A stretch of 64,000 nucleotides of DNA, taken from NCBI GenBank assembly GCA_965242965.1, contig OZ251518.1:96001-160000 (forward strand), read 5' to 3'. The notes beneath the pieces are model-generated. The model saw only the letters and a program-made list of their open reading frames with translations, ran no database searches and was not told the DNA's origin. Shown piece by piece: positions 45,166-54,912 of this stretch (positions are counted from its first letter, which is position 1; each line of letters starts with the position of its first letter). Origin of the DNA: Candidatus Poribacteria bacterium (GTDB lineage: Bacteria > Poribacteria > WGA-4E > WGA-3G). Both the position numbers and the translations under genes were made by a program.

Positions 45166-46794
45166 ATGAAAGAAAAAAGAGGGAGGATTCTGTGGATTGA
45201 TAACGGGATTGCCGAACTGAAACCCTATGTCCGTTTTTTGGAATACGAAGGGTATGATGTCTTCTTGACAGACACCGCCGCTGAGGACATCGATTTGCTC
45301 CAAGGCGCGTATGACGCAGTCTTGCTAAACCCTAATCTCCGGATGCAAAACGGGAACCAACTGCTTTCACATATCCGCAGAGAAGACGCGCACATTCCTA
45401 TCGTCCTCGTCACAGACGAAGAGGAAGACGGTGCGCCCTGGCCTGCAATTTTACACGAGGCAGACGAAGTGCTGTTTAGGCCGGGGAGCCCGAAGCAATT
45501 CGCGGCTGCCCTCACGTTCCTGCTTGAAAAGGAGACGATGCGCGAGGCACACATGCCGCAAGCATACGCCGACGATTTCCAGAAACAGTACGCGGGTGCG
45601 CGGGCGGCTACACAAAATGCCTCCACTTCAGAACAACTGCCGCGCAGTCAATGGCAAGCGTGGATAGACACCTACGTCCACCTCGTGGAGTGGGAACTCA
45701 AACTAGACGCGCTTCAAAACGCAGATGAACTGAAAACTATCCATGCATTGGAGAAACGCGAGGCAAACGCCGCGTTCGCCGACTACATTCAGCACACTTA
45801 CACCGACTGGCTTGCAGGCGAAGATTCGCCTACTTTATCCGTGGATGTTTTTCAGAAATCTGTCATCCCGGAAATCCAAGCTGGGAAGCAGGTAATGTTT
45901 GTCATTATCGACTGCATGCGCTTGGACCAGTGGCTGAAAATCGAGCCGATGCTCTATCCGCTGTTCCACATCACGAAGGATTACTACTACTCCATCGTGC
46001 CGACAGCCACCCGTTACGCACGGAACGCCATTTTCAGCGGGCTGTTTCCGTTGGAATTGGTGGCGCGGTATCCCGAATTTTGTAGGGATTCATCGCGCGG
46101 AACGGCTTCGGTGCCGGAATCGCAGATTAACACGAACCGCTACGAGAAGGAGCTCATGCGCCAGCAGTTGGAACGGCACGGGATACTGCTCAAGCCTTCT
46201 CCGCACTACTTCAAAATTTTTGATACCCGCGGGGAGAAACACTACTTTGAGTGGCTCACCGAGATGCAACAGGTTAGCCTTGCGGCGTTAGTCATCGATT
46301 TTTTGGATATGTTGACGCATACCCGAAGCGAAGTTGAAGTGTTGCAGCAACTTATCCCCGATGAAACGGCGTTCCGAACGCTCATGCAAGCGTGGTTTCA
46401 GCATTCATCGCTATACAGAATGCTACGCATCGCTGCAGAACGCGGCATCACCGTCGTTTTAACATCCGACCACGGTTCAGTCCGCTGTCAAAACGCAGCC
46501 AAAATATCAAGCCGCCACAAACTCACCTCCGGGCTGCGGTTTAAAGAGGGCAAAAACATTGATTGCCCACCGGAAGCCGGCATGCTCATTAAAACGCCGA
46601 CGGCGTATGGGCTCCCCGGTGAAGCGGAAGGCAAGCACTACATCGCTGCGAAAGAAGAATACTATTTCGTTTACGAACCGCAGTTTAAGGACTATCAGGA
46701 ACGCTTCCTTGACAGCTTCCAACACGGCGGTATCTCACTTGAAGAGATGATTTTGCCGTGTGTCGTGCTTGAGCCGAGGAGACATCACCGGTAA
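45166..46794 (+). CDS. PorX-like response regulator / PglZ alkaline-phosphatase-superfamily protein (degenerate receiver)
   Basis: ILWID..LKP, IDCMRLDQW, PTATRYARNAIFSG, DMLTH, TSDHG, FQHGGISLEEM. Confidence 0.85.
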   Translation: MKEKRGRILWIDNGIAELKPYVRFLEYEGYDVFLTDTAAEDIDLLQGAYDAVLLNPNLRMQNGNQLLSHIRREDAHIPIVLVTDEEEDGAPWPAILHEADEVLFRPGSPKQFAAALTFLLEKETMREAHMPQAYADDFQKQYAGARAATQNASTSEQLPRSQWQAWIDTYVHLVEWELKLDALQNADELKTIHALEKREANAAFADYIQHTYTDWLAGEDSPTLSVDVFQKSVIPEIQAGKQVMFVIIDCMRLDQWLKIEPMLYPLFHITKDYYYSIVPTATRYARNAIFSGLFPLELVARYPEFCRDSSRGTASVPESQINTNRYEKELMRQQLERHGILLKPSPHYFKIFDTRGEKHYFEWLTEMQQVSLAALVIDFLDMLTHTRSEVEVLQQLIPDETAFRTLMQAWFQHSSLYRMLRIAAERGITVVLTSDHGSVRCQNAAKISSRHKLTSGLRFKEGKNIDCPPEAGMLIKTPTAYGLPGEAEGKHYIAAKEEYYFVYEPQFKDYQERFLDSFQHGGISLEEMILPCVVLEPRRHHR

Positions 46795-46931
46795 ACAGGT
46801 GCCACCGAGGAGCCATCGAGACCAGGAGGTCTCGCCTACCGGTAGACAGGAGCCATCGAGACCGGGAGGTCTTTCCTACCGGTAGACAGGTGCCACCGAG
46901 GAGCCATCGAGACCAGGAGGTCTCGCCTACC
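46795..46931. repeat. Tandem family-B REP array (3 copies)
   Basis: ggagccatcgagacc(a/g)ggaggtct(cg/tt)cctacc repeated. Confidence 0.88.
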
Positions 46932-46950
46932 CGAAAACGAGGAGAATTTC

Positions 46951-48810
46951 ATGAAAACGCTGACACGTTGGAGTTTGATGCTTACCGCAGTTATTTCGTT
47001 CAACGCGTGGGGACAATTCGGAGACTTTAGCCTCTCCGGCACCGCACCAACCCCCACAATTCGCGCGGACGGATACCTTTCGGTAGATAAAGTGCACCCC
47101 GGCAGTCAATTCCAAATCGCCATCGTTGTGGAGATTGACAAAGGCTGGCACATCAACGCGAATCCTGCGGGTGAGAATCTTATCGCGACAGAAGTGCTGC
47201 TGCCAGAGGATGCGCCGAACGTCACCTTCGGCGAAGTCGTTTATCCGGCAGGTGAGGTGATGAACCTCGCCTCGCTTGGGCTTGTCCCGCTCTATCACGA
47301 TACCATCACTATCGGAATTCAGGCGGATTTGCTTCAAACCGCACCGATTCAAACACAAACGCTGGCGTTCAAACTGCGCTATCAGGCGTGTAATGACGAT
47401 GTTTGCCTGTTACCTGACGAACTCTCTGTCGCAGTTCCGCTCACGGTTGTCGGTATGGAGTCAACCGTTCAGCCAATAAACGATGCGGTTTTCGCCAGCA
47501 TCGCGTTCGGCGCGTCGTCTGGCTCTGGTGAAGATGAAGGGGCACTCTCTCGCGCTATCGCCGGTGGGCAACTCTGGCTCGCGTTCCTGATTGTGTTCGC
47601 CGGCGGCATCCTCACCAGTTTGACACCTTGTGTCTATCCGCTCATTCCTATCACTGTCTCAATTTTAGGGGTGGACGAGTCAGCCGGGTTTCTCAAATCG
47701 CTTCTCCTTGCAGTCGTTTACGTTCTCGGCATTGTCATTACATATTCCATTTTAGGTGTGGCGGTGGCATCGACAGGTGCGGTTTTCGGGCAAATTATGG
47801 CGAACCCCTGGGTCATCGGCAGTATTAGTCTCATCCTCGTCATGCTAGGGATGTCCATGCTTGGCGTTTTTGAATTTCGCTTGCCATACGCAATCCAGAA
47901 TCGCCTCAACACTGTCGGAGGTGCAGGATATGCAGGCGCGTTCGCGATGGGAACCGTCGCCGGTGTCATCGCTGCACCTTGCACCGGTCCCGCGCTCGCC
48001 GTCGTTTTAACTTATATTGCGACGACAGGAAGCCTCTTCCTCGGCTTTTGGCTTATGTTCACCTACGCGCTCGGCATGGGGATGCTTTTCATCGGTTACG
48101 CCGTCGGCATGGGGCTGGTATTTATGGGAGTCCGTTCATTCTCCGGCATTATTGCCGCGCTGCCACGCTCCGGCGGATGGATGTATGTTCTGGAGAATCT
48201 CCTCGGCATTTCGGTTATCACGCTGGCACTCTATTTCCTCAAAGATGTTGTAGCACCGTTCCAAGCGTTCCTTCAGAATTCACCGCAATTCTTTGCCATC
48301 GCTGGCGGGCTCATCATCGTTGGGCTTTGGCTGAGCAAGTTGAACGAACGTTTCAACAGCATCCCGCGCCCCATGCAAATCCGAAAAGCGTGTGGGGTGT
48401 TGCTCACTGTGCTAGGCGCGTATATGGTTGTCGGCGGACTTCAGCAACCCGCGGGACCGCAACTTGACTGGGTGGATACTGAGACTGCCGGGCTTGAGAT
48501 TGCCAAGCGCGAGGACAAATTGGTGATGCTTGACTTTTACGCATCTTGGTGCGCCGCCTGCAACGAGTTGGACCACAAAACCTACGCTGACCCGGGTGTC
48601 GCCGCTAAACTTGATAACTACGTCAATGTTAAACTTGATTTCACTCGCAGTTCTGAAACCACAAAGGCACTCACGGAGAAGTATCAGATTCCTGGGTTGC
48701 CCGTTGTTATTTTCATGGATGCGGAAGGCACTATCCTCAAGCGGCTCACTGGGTTCGTCGGGCCGGAGGAGATGCTTGCTATCCTTGAGGAAGTTGAACA
48801 GCGGCGATGA
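46951..48810 (+). CDS. dsbD: Thiol:disulfide interchange protein DsbD
   Basis: YQACND..C, SLTPCVYP, AAPCTGP, C-terminal thioredoxin WCAAC. Confidence 0.93.
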   Translation: MKTLTRWSLMLTAVISFNAWGQFGDFSLSGTAPTPTIRADGYLSVDKVHPGSQFQIAIVVEIDKGWHINANPAGENLIATEVLLPEDAPNVTFGEVVYPAGEVMNLASLGLVPLYHDTITIGIQADLLQTAPIQTQTLAFKLRYQACNDDVCLLPDELSVAVPLTVVGMESTVQPINDAVFASIAFGASSGSGEDEGALSRAIAGGQLWLAFLIVFAGGILTSLTPCVYPLIPITVSILGVDESAGFLKSLLLAVVYVLGIVITYSILGVAVASTGAVFGQIMANPWVIGSISLILVMLGMSMLGVFEFRLPYAIQNRLNTVGGAGYAGAFAMGTVAGVIAAPCTGPALAVVLTYIATTGSLFLGFWLMFTYALGMGMLFIGYAVGMGLVFMGVRSFSGIIAALPRSGGWMYVLENLLGISVITLALYFLKDVVAPFQAFLQNSPQFFAIAGGLIIVGLWLSKLNERFNSIPRPMQIRKACGVLLTVLGAYMVVGGLQQPAGPQLDWVDTETAGLEIAKREDKLVMLDFYASWCAACNELDHKTYADPGVAAKLDNYVNVKLDFTRSSETTKALTEKYQIPGLPVVIFMDAEGTILKRLTGFVGPEEMLAILEEVEQRR

Positions 48811-48853
48811 TGCGTTGGCCTAGCGAGGGACAGGCCCTCGCCCTACGGTAACT

Positions 48854-49309
48854 GAGGGTGTTTCATAAATCAATGTCTTCCCGGTAGGAGAGACCTCCTG
48901 GTCTCGATGGCTCTTGGGTGGGAGAGACCTCCCGCTCCCTGTAGCGCGGGGGCCTGTCCCCCGCGATCTCCATCGGCAAGCGGCGGCGTTTTAGGTCCTT
49001 TAGGACCTACATGTCTATAGAAAAACGTGCCGGCACGTTTTCAAGGTCCTTTAGGTCCTTAATAAAAAACCACGCGAACCTGGCAAAACCTATTAAGGAC
49101 CTAAAGGACCTTAGGGTTCTTTGCGGGCGCGCATGCTATAGACATTAAGGTCCTACGGACCTGAAGAGGACAATGGCAAGGGACAGGTTTTCCCACCGCC
49201 CCACGTGAAGGGGAGGCGTTTTTTTCATCGCAGCGCGCGGCCCTCGGATGCCACACGCGCATCCGAGCGGGTTTCCCCCGCGACGTTGGACGATTTATGA
49301 AACCCCCGC
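48854..49309. mobile_element. MITE, 456 bp, TIR GAGGGTGTTTCATAAATC, 9-bp TSD ACGGTAACT
   Basis: acggtaact(48845-53)|gagggtgtttcataaatc ... gatttatgaaacccccgc|acggtaact(49310-18). Confidence 0.85.
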
Positions 49310-49353
49310 ACGGTAACTGATGGAAATTGAACAGAGGAGGTAAAGAGACTCAC

Positions 49354-50409
49354 ATGATTAAATCACTTTCACCGAGCCGATTGCACCGCTGGCTTTTCTA
49401 CGCAGAGGGGCTCGCAATCATCGTCTTTGTCGTGTTAGCCGCGATGTTCATCCGCAGAGGTGGTGCCGAACCGGAATCGCCGCCGGTTTCTCAAGTTGAA
49501 ACCTTCATTGAGAAAGCGGACGCGCGCTTTGAGCAGCAGGACATGGTGGGTGCAGTCCTCCTCTATTGGCAGGCACTTCATGCACTCGAAGGCGATGCGC
49601 GCCCCGAGGACGCGTCTATCCGCGTGCATGCGAATCTCCGCATCGCCGAGATTTACTCGCAAAGCAGTTGGCTGAAGGACGCAAAGGCACGCTTGGAATA
49701 CGCCGAACGCCTTGACTCCGAACATGAAGGCGTGCGTCTCTTACGCGGGAAACTCTACCGCGACGAAGGCCTGCCCGCCGAAGCCGCCGAGCAATTTTTG
49801 GCTGTCCTGAAAAAGAATCCCGACAACGCCGAGGCACACTACCTGCTCGGTGTTCTCTATCAGGCAAGCAAGCAGTTTAAAGAGGCTACCACGCACTACG
49901 CAAAGGCGATTGAAAGCGACTCGGGGTTGCAGGAAATCCCCTCCGAAAAAGCACCTATCGGCATTCTGGCGCGGCTGCAGCTGTCCCGAACCTATAGCCG
50001 AATGCTTCAAAACTATCAATTCCTTGACAGGGAGTTCACAAATGAAGATATGGTGGAGATTGCGCGGCTTGAATCGCAGGCTATTCTCCTCTTGGAAGAG
50101 GCTTATGCCAAGCATCCGGAACTCAATGAAATCAGCGATGACTTGATTCGGTTGCTCTTCGCCCGCGCCGCCGGCCTTGAACGCGAGGCGGAAACCCGTC
50201 CTTACGCCGACGCGCTTGAAGTCTACGAACGCATTGTGCAACTTGACCCGGGGGAAGTCCGCGCATGGGAACGGATGGGCGAAATTTACGCCGGCTTCCT
50301 TGACGATAAGGCAGCCGCGCTTGAAATGTATCGCAAAGTTTATGAACTTGAACCGCACCCCACGGTCTTGGCGAATATCAAATCGCTTGAGGAAGACCTG
50401 GGGGAATGA
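49354..50409 (+). CDS. Membrane-anchored TPR protein
   Basis: N-terminal TM; TPRs such as NPDNAEAHYLLGVLY; GGAGG SD. Confidence 0.85.
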   Translation: MIKSLSPSRLHRWLFYAEGLAIIVFVVLAAMFIRRGGAEPESPPVSQVETFIEKADARFEQQDMVGAVLLYWQALHALEGDARPEDASIRVHANLRIAEIYSQSSWLKDAKARLEYAERLDSEHEGVRLLRGKLYRDEGLPAEAAEQFLAVLKKNPDNAEAHYLLGVLYQASKQFKEATTHYAKAIESDSGLQEIPSEKAPIGILARLQLSRTYSRMLQNYQFLDREFTNEDMVEIARLESQAILLLEEAYAKHPELNEISDDLIRLLFARAAGLEREAETRPYADALEVYERIVQLDPGEVRAWERMGEIYAGFLDDKAAALEMYRKVYELEPHPTVLANIKSLEEDLGE

Positions 50410-50417
50410 ATTAGAAT

Positions 50418-50580
50418 GAGGGTGTTTCAGAACTCCGTTTCGGTAGTTATCCCGCCTTGGAGGGCTGGCGAATACCGGAAGGCATCGGGCCCCCGTCTGT
50501 AGTTCGGGAGCGCCCGCTCCCGAACGGGTCAGGATCAGGCGATCCTGACCTACAGGGGTAGCGATTTATGAAACACCCTC
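50418..50580. mobile_element. MITE, 163 bp, TIR GAGGGTGTTTCA, 9-bp TSD AATTAGAAT
   Basis: aattagaat(50409-17)|gagggtgtttcag ... tatgaaacaccctc|aattagaat(50581-89). Confidence 0.9.
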
Positions 50581-50599
50581 AATTAGAATAGGAGCCCTT

Positions 50600-52099
50600 A
50601 TGACACTACAATCCTATCCCGGCGCACTCTATTTTGGCGATAACCTCAACGTCATGCGAGAGATGCAAACGGGGAGTTATCATATCTGTTACCTCGATCC
50701 GCCTTACAACAGCGGGCGCAACTACAACATCTTCCTCGCCGGCTCCAAAGCGCAACGCAAAGTGTTTGACGACATCTGGCGGTGGGACGATGCGGCGCGC
50801 TACAATCAGGATGCTGTCCTTCACTACGATGGACTGCACCCCGAACTCGTTGAAACGATGGACAATTTGTCAGACTGTTTAAGCGGTTTTGACAACATTT
50901 TGAAGGGTAAAAGAGTCAGTGAGGCAGACTCAATGCGTGCCTACCTCGCCTTCATGGCACCGCGCTTGGCAGAGATTTGGCGGTTGCTAACGCCGGAGGG
51001 GAGCGTGTATTTGCACTGCGATCCGCACGCCAGCCACTACCTGAAATGCCTGATGGATGCGATTTTCGGCACTGCGAATTTCAGGAACGAGATTGTCTGG
51101 TGCTACACTGGCCCAGGTTCGCCGAAGATGCGTCAGTTCAACCGCAAGCACGATACCATCCTCTGGTATTCAAAGGGCAAAACTTGGACGTTCAATAGGG
51201 ACGAGGTCCGCCTGCCCCACAAAGGTGGCAAACCTCACACGGGTGGTTTCAAAGGCGGCGGCCGGCCGATTAACGACGAGTATTATGCACAGAAGGGAAA
51301 AATTCCTGAAACGTGGTGGTCAGATATCGCTGTTGCTGTCCGCTCGTCCAAGGAACGCCTCGGCTATCCGACGCAGAAACCGCTGAAGCTGCTGGAGCGC
51401 ATCATCAAAGCCTCTTCCAATCCGGGCGACATCGTCTTCGATCCGTTTTGTGGTTGTGGCACGGCGTTAGATGCGGCGCACGGCCTCAAACGGCGTTGGG
51501 TAGGCATCGATCTGACGGTGCTCGCTTTAGAACCGATGGAGCGTCGGCTTCGCGAACGCCATGGGCTTGTCCCGAAAGTGGACTATCACATCGAGGGATA
51601 TCCGACGACGCGTCAAGACGCGCTTCTCCTCGCCGAGCGAAACCCGAACGACTTTGCGAATTGGGCAGTTACCCGATTAGGACTCGCGCCAACGCCGAAT
51701 AGTAAAGATGGCGGGTTTGATGGCACGGGGAAGATTACGCTTTGGGAAAACAGGCACCTCGCCGAGGCGGCACAGACGAAACTTCCGATTATCGCCGAGG
51801 TGAAATCGGGGAGGAGTCTGAACCCGAATCAGGTGCGTGCCTTCCGCACGGCGATGCGAGACAACGATGCGGCACTCGGGATTTTCATCACCTTGCACGA
51901 AGTCACGCGTGGCATGCGCAACCTCGCGGAAGAGGAAGGCTTTCTTGAGCATAACGGGAAACGTTATCCGCGCTTGCAGTTTTGGCAAGTCACGGACAGT
52001 TATTTTGAGGATGGGCGGGTGCCAGTCAATTTACCGTGGCAAATCGATGAGCGTCCGAAGGCGGCGCGTCATTACGGCGGGGAGCAGACGTATTTTTGA
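50600..52099 (+). CDS. N4/N6 DNA methyltransferase (beta class) fused to Mrr-like endonuclease domain
   Basis: GDNL, YLDPPY, NEIVW.Y, YPTQKP, DPFCGCGT, then DGGFDG..EVKSG. Confidence 0.9.
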   Translation: MTLQSYPGALYFGDNLNVMREMQTGSYHICYLDPPYNSGRNYNIFLAGSKAQRKVFDDIWRWDDAARYNQDAVLHYDGLHPELVETMDNLSDCLSGFDNILKGKRVSEADSMRAYLAFMAPRLAEIWRLLTPEGSVYLHCDPHASHYLKCLMDAIFGTANFRNEIVWCYTGPGSPKMRQFNRKHDTILWYSKGKTWTFNRDEVRLPHKGGKPHTGGFKGGGRPINDEYYAQKGKIPETWWSDIAVAVRSSKERLGYPTQKPLKLLERIIKASSNPGDIVFDPFCGCGTALDAAHGLKRRWVGIDLTVLALEPMERRLRERHGLVPKVDYHIEGYPTTRQDALLLAERNPNDFANWAVTRLGLAPTPNSKDGGFDGTGKITLWENRHLAEAAQTKLPIIAEVKSGRSLNPNQVRAFRTAMRDNDAALGIFITLHEVTRGMRNLAEEEGFLEHNGKRYPRLQFWQVTDSYFEDGRVPVNLPWQIDERPKAARHYGGEQTYF

Positions 52100-52535
52100 G
52101 CAGGATTTCCAAGATTAACAGGTAGGAGGGACATCCTTGTCCCGATAGCCACATCAACAAAATGCATCGAGACCGGGAGGTCTCTCCTACGGGGACATGG
52201 CTTGCTCGGTATTTGCCCCTAATCGGGATAACTGAGGGTGTTTCATAAATCGCTCAACAAGGGGCCGTTTTTTTCACCGTAGCGCCGGGGCCTGTCCCCC
52301 GCGATTGTTGGGGTGTGCGAACGCTGGCAAGGGACAGGCCCTCGCCCTACGGTGACTGAGCCGTCCTCCTCTGTAGGTCAAGCTCGTCTGAAGCTCTGGC
52401 AGATTTGCCAAGCGGTCTTGACCTGTTCGGGAGCAGGTGCTCCCGAACTACGGTCTCTCGCATGCGCGATGCATCGAGACCAGGAGGTCTCTCCTACGGT
52501 GACATCGCTGGCTCGGTATTCGCCCCTAATCGGGA
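52097..52535. repeat. Composite repeat cluster with about 65-bp direct repeat (52163 / 52471) and MITE-type TIR at 52234
   Basis: gcatcgagacc.ggaggtctctcctacgg..gctcggtatt.gcccctaatcggga twice. Confidence 0.8.
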
Positions 52536-52549
52536 AAATTCGGTATCAA

Positions 52550-52867
52550 TTATGCTTCGCACTTCGGTTGGTGTTTGCATCCTTCGCGTTGCCGCCGCAC
52601 CCATGCGACGCTGTCCTCCATATCCTCCCGATCTGCCCACATGCCAAAGAAAGGCAGAGACAGCAGGTCTTCCTTCTCCTCGTCGGACGTTTCGGTTTGC
52701 CCGATAGAGACAGGTGTCAATTCTTGGGGTTCATCGCGAATGATGTCGTCGTTTTCATCGCGAATCGGTGTCATATTGGCAAACACTTCGGTGCCTTCGG
52801 GGAGGGATAAAGGTTCGGCGAAGACAAGCGTGCCGTTGTGAACCTTACCGCGTTTGAACATAATCAT
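52550..52867 (-). CDS. Small DUF104/AF2212-like putative antitoxin
   Basis: KRGKVHNGTLVFAEPLSLPEGTEV; C-terminal PFFGMWADREDM..WVR. Confidence 0.65.
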   Translation of the reverse strand: MIMFKRGKVHNGTLVFAEPLSLPEGTEVFANMTPIRDENDDIIRDEPQELTPVSIGQTETSDEEKEDLLSLPFFGMWADREDMEDSVAWVRRQREGCKHQPKCEA

Positions 52868-52884
52868 TTTTTCACCTCTTTTTT

Positions 52885-54045
52885 TTAGTCGGATCCTACT
52901 GCAGTATCACGAGGAGAGAGTCGTGCAACAATGTCCTCAAATCCTTGAAAAAGCAGTTGCACAGAGTAATTGGGAACTTCAGAATGCGTAGATTTTACCC
53001 GCTTCGCAGGAATCCGCGCAATAATATCCTCGTGCGGAGACTTCGCCTGTCTGGCAGAGAGTCGCGCCACAATCTCCTTAAATCCTTGAAAAAGCAGTTG
53101 CACAGAGTAATTGGGAACTTCAGAATGCGTAGATTTCGCCTGTTTGATAGAAATCCGCGCCACAATCTCCGCAACCCCATTGACTGCATCAAGGGGAACG
53201 CCTCCCAACTCAAGGAGCGCGGCGTTGCCTTGTGGCGGTGTATCAAAGCGGGCTGGATCGATGACAAAAAGCGGCACGTTCATACCGAGAGCCGTTTTAG
53301 CCGTGTCAAATGTCCCACTCATTTTACCGCGGGCATCCCGTTCCGGTCCAGATGCGATGACGACAACCGCTTTAGAGAGCGCGCAGACCAGTTTATTCCG
53401 AGTCATCGCGTTGCGCGCTAACCAGCGCGCGTCTGGGTCAAACTGTGATACCGCAAGCACATCTTGTTCCCAGTTAAATTCGCGGAATGCCTTTTTCTGT
53501 CGCAATTCCTTGATGCCGTAGGGAAGCACCAGCGTTGTTGTTCCCTCCGCCGCGAGCGCGCCCAAGTGTGCTGCTGAGTCAACGCCTTTTGCGTATCCGG
53601 AGACAACGTTCATTCCCTCGCCTGCGAGTCCAGCGGCGAGTTGCTCCGCGATGCGAACGCCTTTTTCTGACACATTCCGCGATCCCACGATTGCAACCCC
53701 ATCCGTTGTGAGGAGTTTTCGCTGGCCTTTGACGAACAGAATCGGCGAGGTTTCAAGAAGATGCGAAGAGAAATCGGGGTGCCCTGGAGAGATAATCTCG
53801 GTGCCGCGCCGTTTCAACTCCTCGTAATCCCTTTCTATCTTCTTCTGATCTTCCGCACGAATTTTGCCATTGAGGATTTCCGCTAATTCCGGGCATTGCG
53901 ATGAGAGCGCGTTTTGGCTGCGCGGTAGTTTTTCGGGATGGAGGCCTTGCTCATCAAGCATCCTAGCGATTTCGGCAAGGAGTTTGGTGCCGATGCCGCG
54001 CGTCTTAAAGAGCCGAAACCAGAAATAGTCTCTTTTGATGCTCAT
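52885..54045 (-). CDS. dprA: DprA/Smf family protein with duplicated C-terminal tail
   Basis: PILFVKG, VAIVGSR, VVSGYAKGVD..AH, RN.LV.ALS, SGTF.TA. Confidence 0.88.
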   Translation of the reverse strand: MSIKRDYFWFRLFKTRGIGTKLLAEIARMLDEQGLHPEKLPRSQNALSSQCPELAEILNGKIRAEDQKKIERDYEELKRRGTEIISPGHPDFSSHLLETSPILFVKGQRKLLTTDGVAIVGSRNVSEKGVRIAEQLAAGLAGEGMNVVSGYAKGVDSAAHLGALAAEGTTTLVLPYGIKELRQKKAFREFNWEQDVLAVSQFDPDARWLARNAMTRNKLVCALSKAVVVIASGPERDARGKMSGTFDTAKTALGMNVPLFVIDPARFDTPPQGNAALLELGGVPLDAVNGVAEIVARISIKQAKSTHSEVPNYSVQLLFQGFKEIVARLSARQAKSPHEDIIARIPAKRVKSTHSEVPNYSVQLLFQGFEDIVARLSPRDTAVGSD

Positions 54046-54758
54046 CTTTTTTTTCTCGTTCGCGTAAGAGTTAAGACAAGCACCCGGTAAACGCCGCCTT
54101 GCTTATGAAGAACATCGGTTAGTTCTGTCAAAGTTGCTCCAGAATCATAGAGGTCATCAATTAACAAGACAACTTTCGGCTGCAACTCATGGGATTCAAC
54201 AGCAAATGTTCCCTTGAGTTCCGCCGGTTTCTCTGAGTCTGGAACATTCTTTAGATCCCGGGTTGGTCTTACCTTAATCAGGTAATTTGTAGGGACAGGC
54301 AGATACAGAATCCTCCCTATTTCCTCCGCGATTTCGGAGACAGGTCGGAATTCCTTAGTCGGATTTGAACGTGGAACAGGAATAACTGCATCAAGGTAAT
54401 CGAGAACACGATAGCCCTTAACCTTAAACTCGTCTATGACAAATTTAGCCGCAATCTCCGCGAGCGGTCGAATCTTGCTTCGATCTGAACGATACTTCAC
54501 CTGATAAACCATTTCGCCAATTTCGGTTCGTTCGGTGTCATATCCTTCATCCGGCAAGAGTTGACTTGATACCGTATGAAAATCCAAAGCGTATCCAGCA
54601 CGCCATTTTCCAAGAATTTCCTGCGGATCGATGTTGATTACGCTTCGCGCGTCGGTAGGTTTTATGTGGACAATCACTTCGGTGCCTTCGGGCAGAGACA
54701 AAGGTTCGGTGAAGACAAGCGTGCCGTTGTGAACATTACCGCGTTTGATTAAAGTCAT
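54042..54758 (-). CDS. ComF-like phosphoribosyltransferase with N-terminal DUF104-like segment
   Basis: GYALD.H, TEIGE..YQVKY, VIPVP.S, VLLIDDLYDSGATL; ATGA overlap with dprA. Confidence 0.85.
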   Translation of the reverse strand: MTLIKRGNVHNGTLVFTEPLSLPEGTEVIVHIKPTDARSVINIDPQEILGKWRAGYALDFHTVSSQLLPDEGYDTERTEIGEMVYQVKYRSDRSKIRPLAEIAAKFVIDEFKVKGYRVLDYLDAVIPVPRSNPTKEFRPVSEIAEEIGRILYLPVPTNYLIKVRPTRDLKNVPDSEKPAELKGTFAVESHELQPKVVLLIDDLYDSGATLTELTDVLHKQGGVYRVLVLTLTRTRKKR

Positions 54759-54912
54759 TTTTTTTCGCCTCTTTTCATTCACGTTACCGCTATGAAATGA
54801 CAAATCCCCGAAGGTAGTGCGGCATTATTAAAACTAGCTCCCCTACCTCTGCAGAGTCCTGACTAGTGATAGACTCTCAACTGTTCCCATAACTCCGCTG
54901 CTAATCCACCGG

